Assembly: GCF_006345805.1 (NCBI RefSeq)
Contig: NC_043003.1
Location: forward strand, 24,986,001 to 25,050,000
Source: Octopus sinensis
Taxonomy: Eukaryota
Direction: 5' to 3'
DNA length: 64,000 nt
Positions 63,585 through 64,000 of the stretch are shown here, in pieces; position 1 is the first letter of the stretch, and every line of letters begins with the position of its first letter. The translations under genes and the position numbers were made by a program. Below the pieces are notes generated by a model that searched no databases, had not been told where the DNA came from, and worked only from the letters and a program-made list of their open reading frames with translations.

Positions 63585-64000
63585 CATACATACATACATA
63601 CATACATACATACATACATACATACATACATACGTACAAACACACATACAAATATACATACATGCATACATATATACATATACATACACACATACATGTA
63701 TATACATAGACCGGGCCAGAGAAAGTCCATGTACATGTGTGTGTGCGCGCCTGTGCATGTTTGTATATATGTATGTGTGCATATCCACACTCACAAAGAA
63801 AGAGGGTGAGAGAAACATTGAGACACACAAAGAGATAAGGATGTATAGAAGCAATAAGTGATGTGTATGTAAGTCTGTGTGTGAGTGTGTGTGCGTGTGG
63901 TGTGTGTGTGTGTATCTGTATGTACGTATTTGTTTTGTTATATAAGTAATGTTGGCTAATCCTCATGAATGAGCTTGTGGTTACATACTTGTGTGAAGAA

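Overview
Repeat-saturated eukaryotic DNA, most likely intronic or intergenic. The SINE repertoire and very heavy (TA)n/(CA)n/(TATC)n/(TACA)n/(ATT)n load suggest a coleoid cephalopod such as Octopus (inference only). I found no identifiable intact protein-coding gene. Nearly all listed ORFs are microsatellite artefacts or decayed transposon pieces: R4/Dong-like, RTE-like and CR1-group LINE fragments, Helitron Rep/PIF1 fragments, Tc1/mariner remnants, two small MITEs, and dozens of copies of several tRNA-derived SINE families. The most notable unannotated signal is about ten minimal type I hammerhead ribozyme (HHR) motifs in several unrelated short elements. Many have inverted ends and palindromic stem III, the architecture known for Penelope-like element (PLE) terminal repeats. 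One element combines a tRNA-type Pol III head, an (AAT)n spacer, a hammerhead and inverted termini, so it looks like a hammerhead-carrying SINE. Two dispersed copies share a non-canonical CCGACGA core. There are a few weak exon candidates on the + strand (best at 35.9-36.1 kb) and a 100-N gap at 61766-61865. All alignments and mismatch counts were made by eye, so repeat boundaries are approximate.
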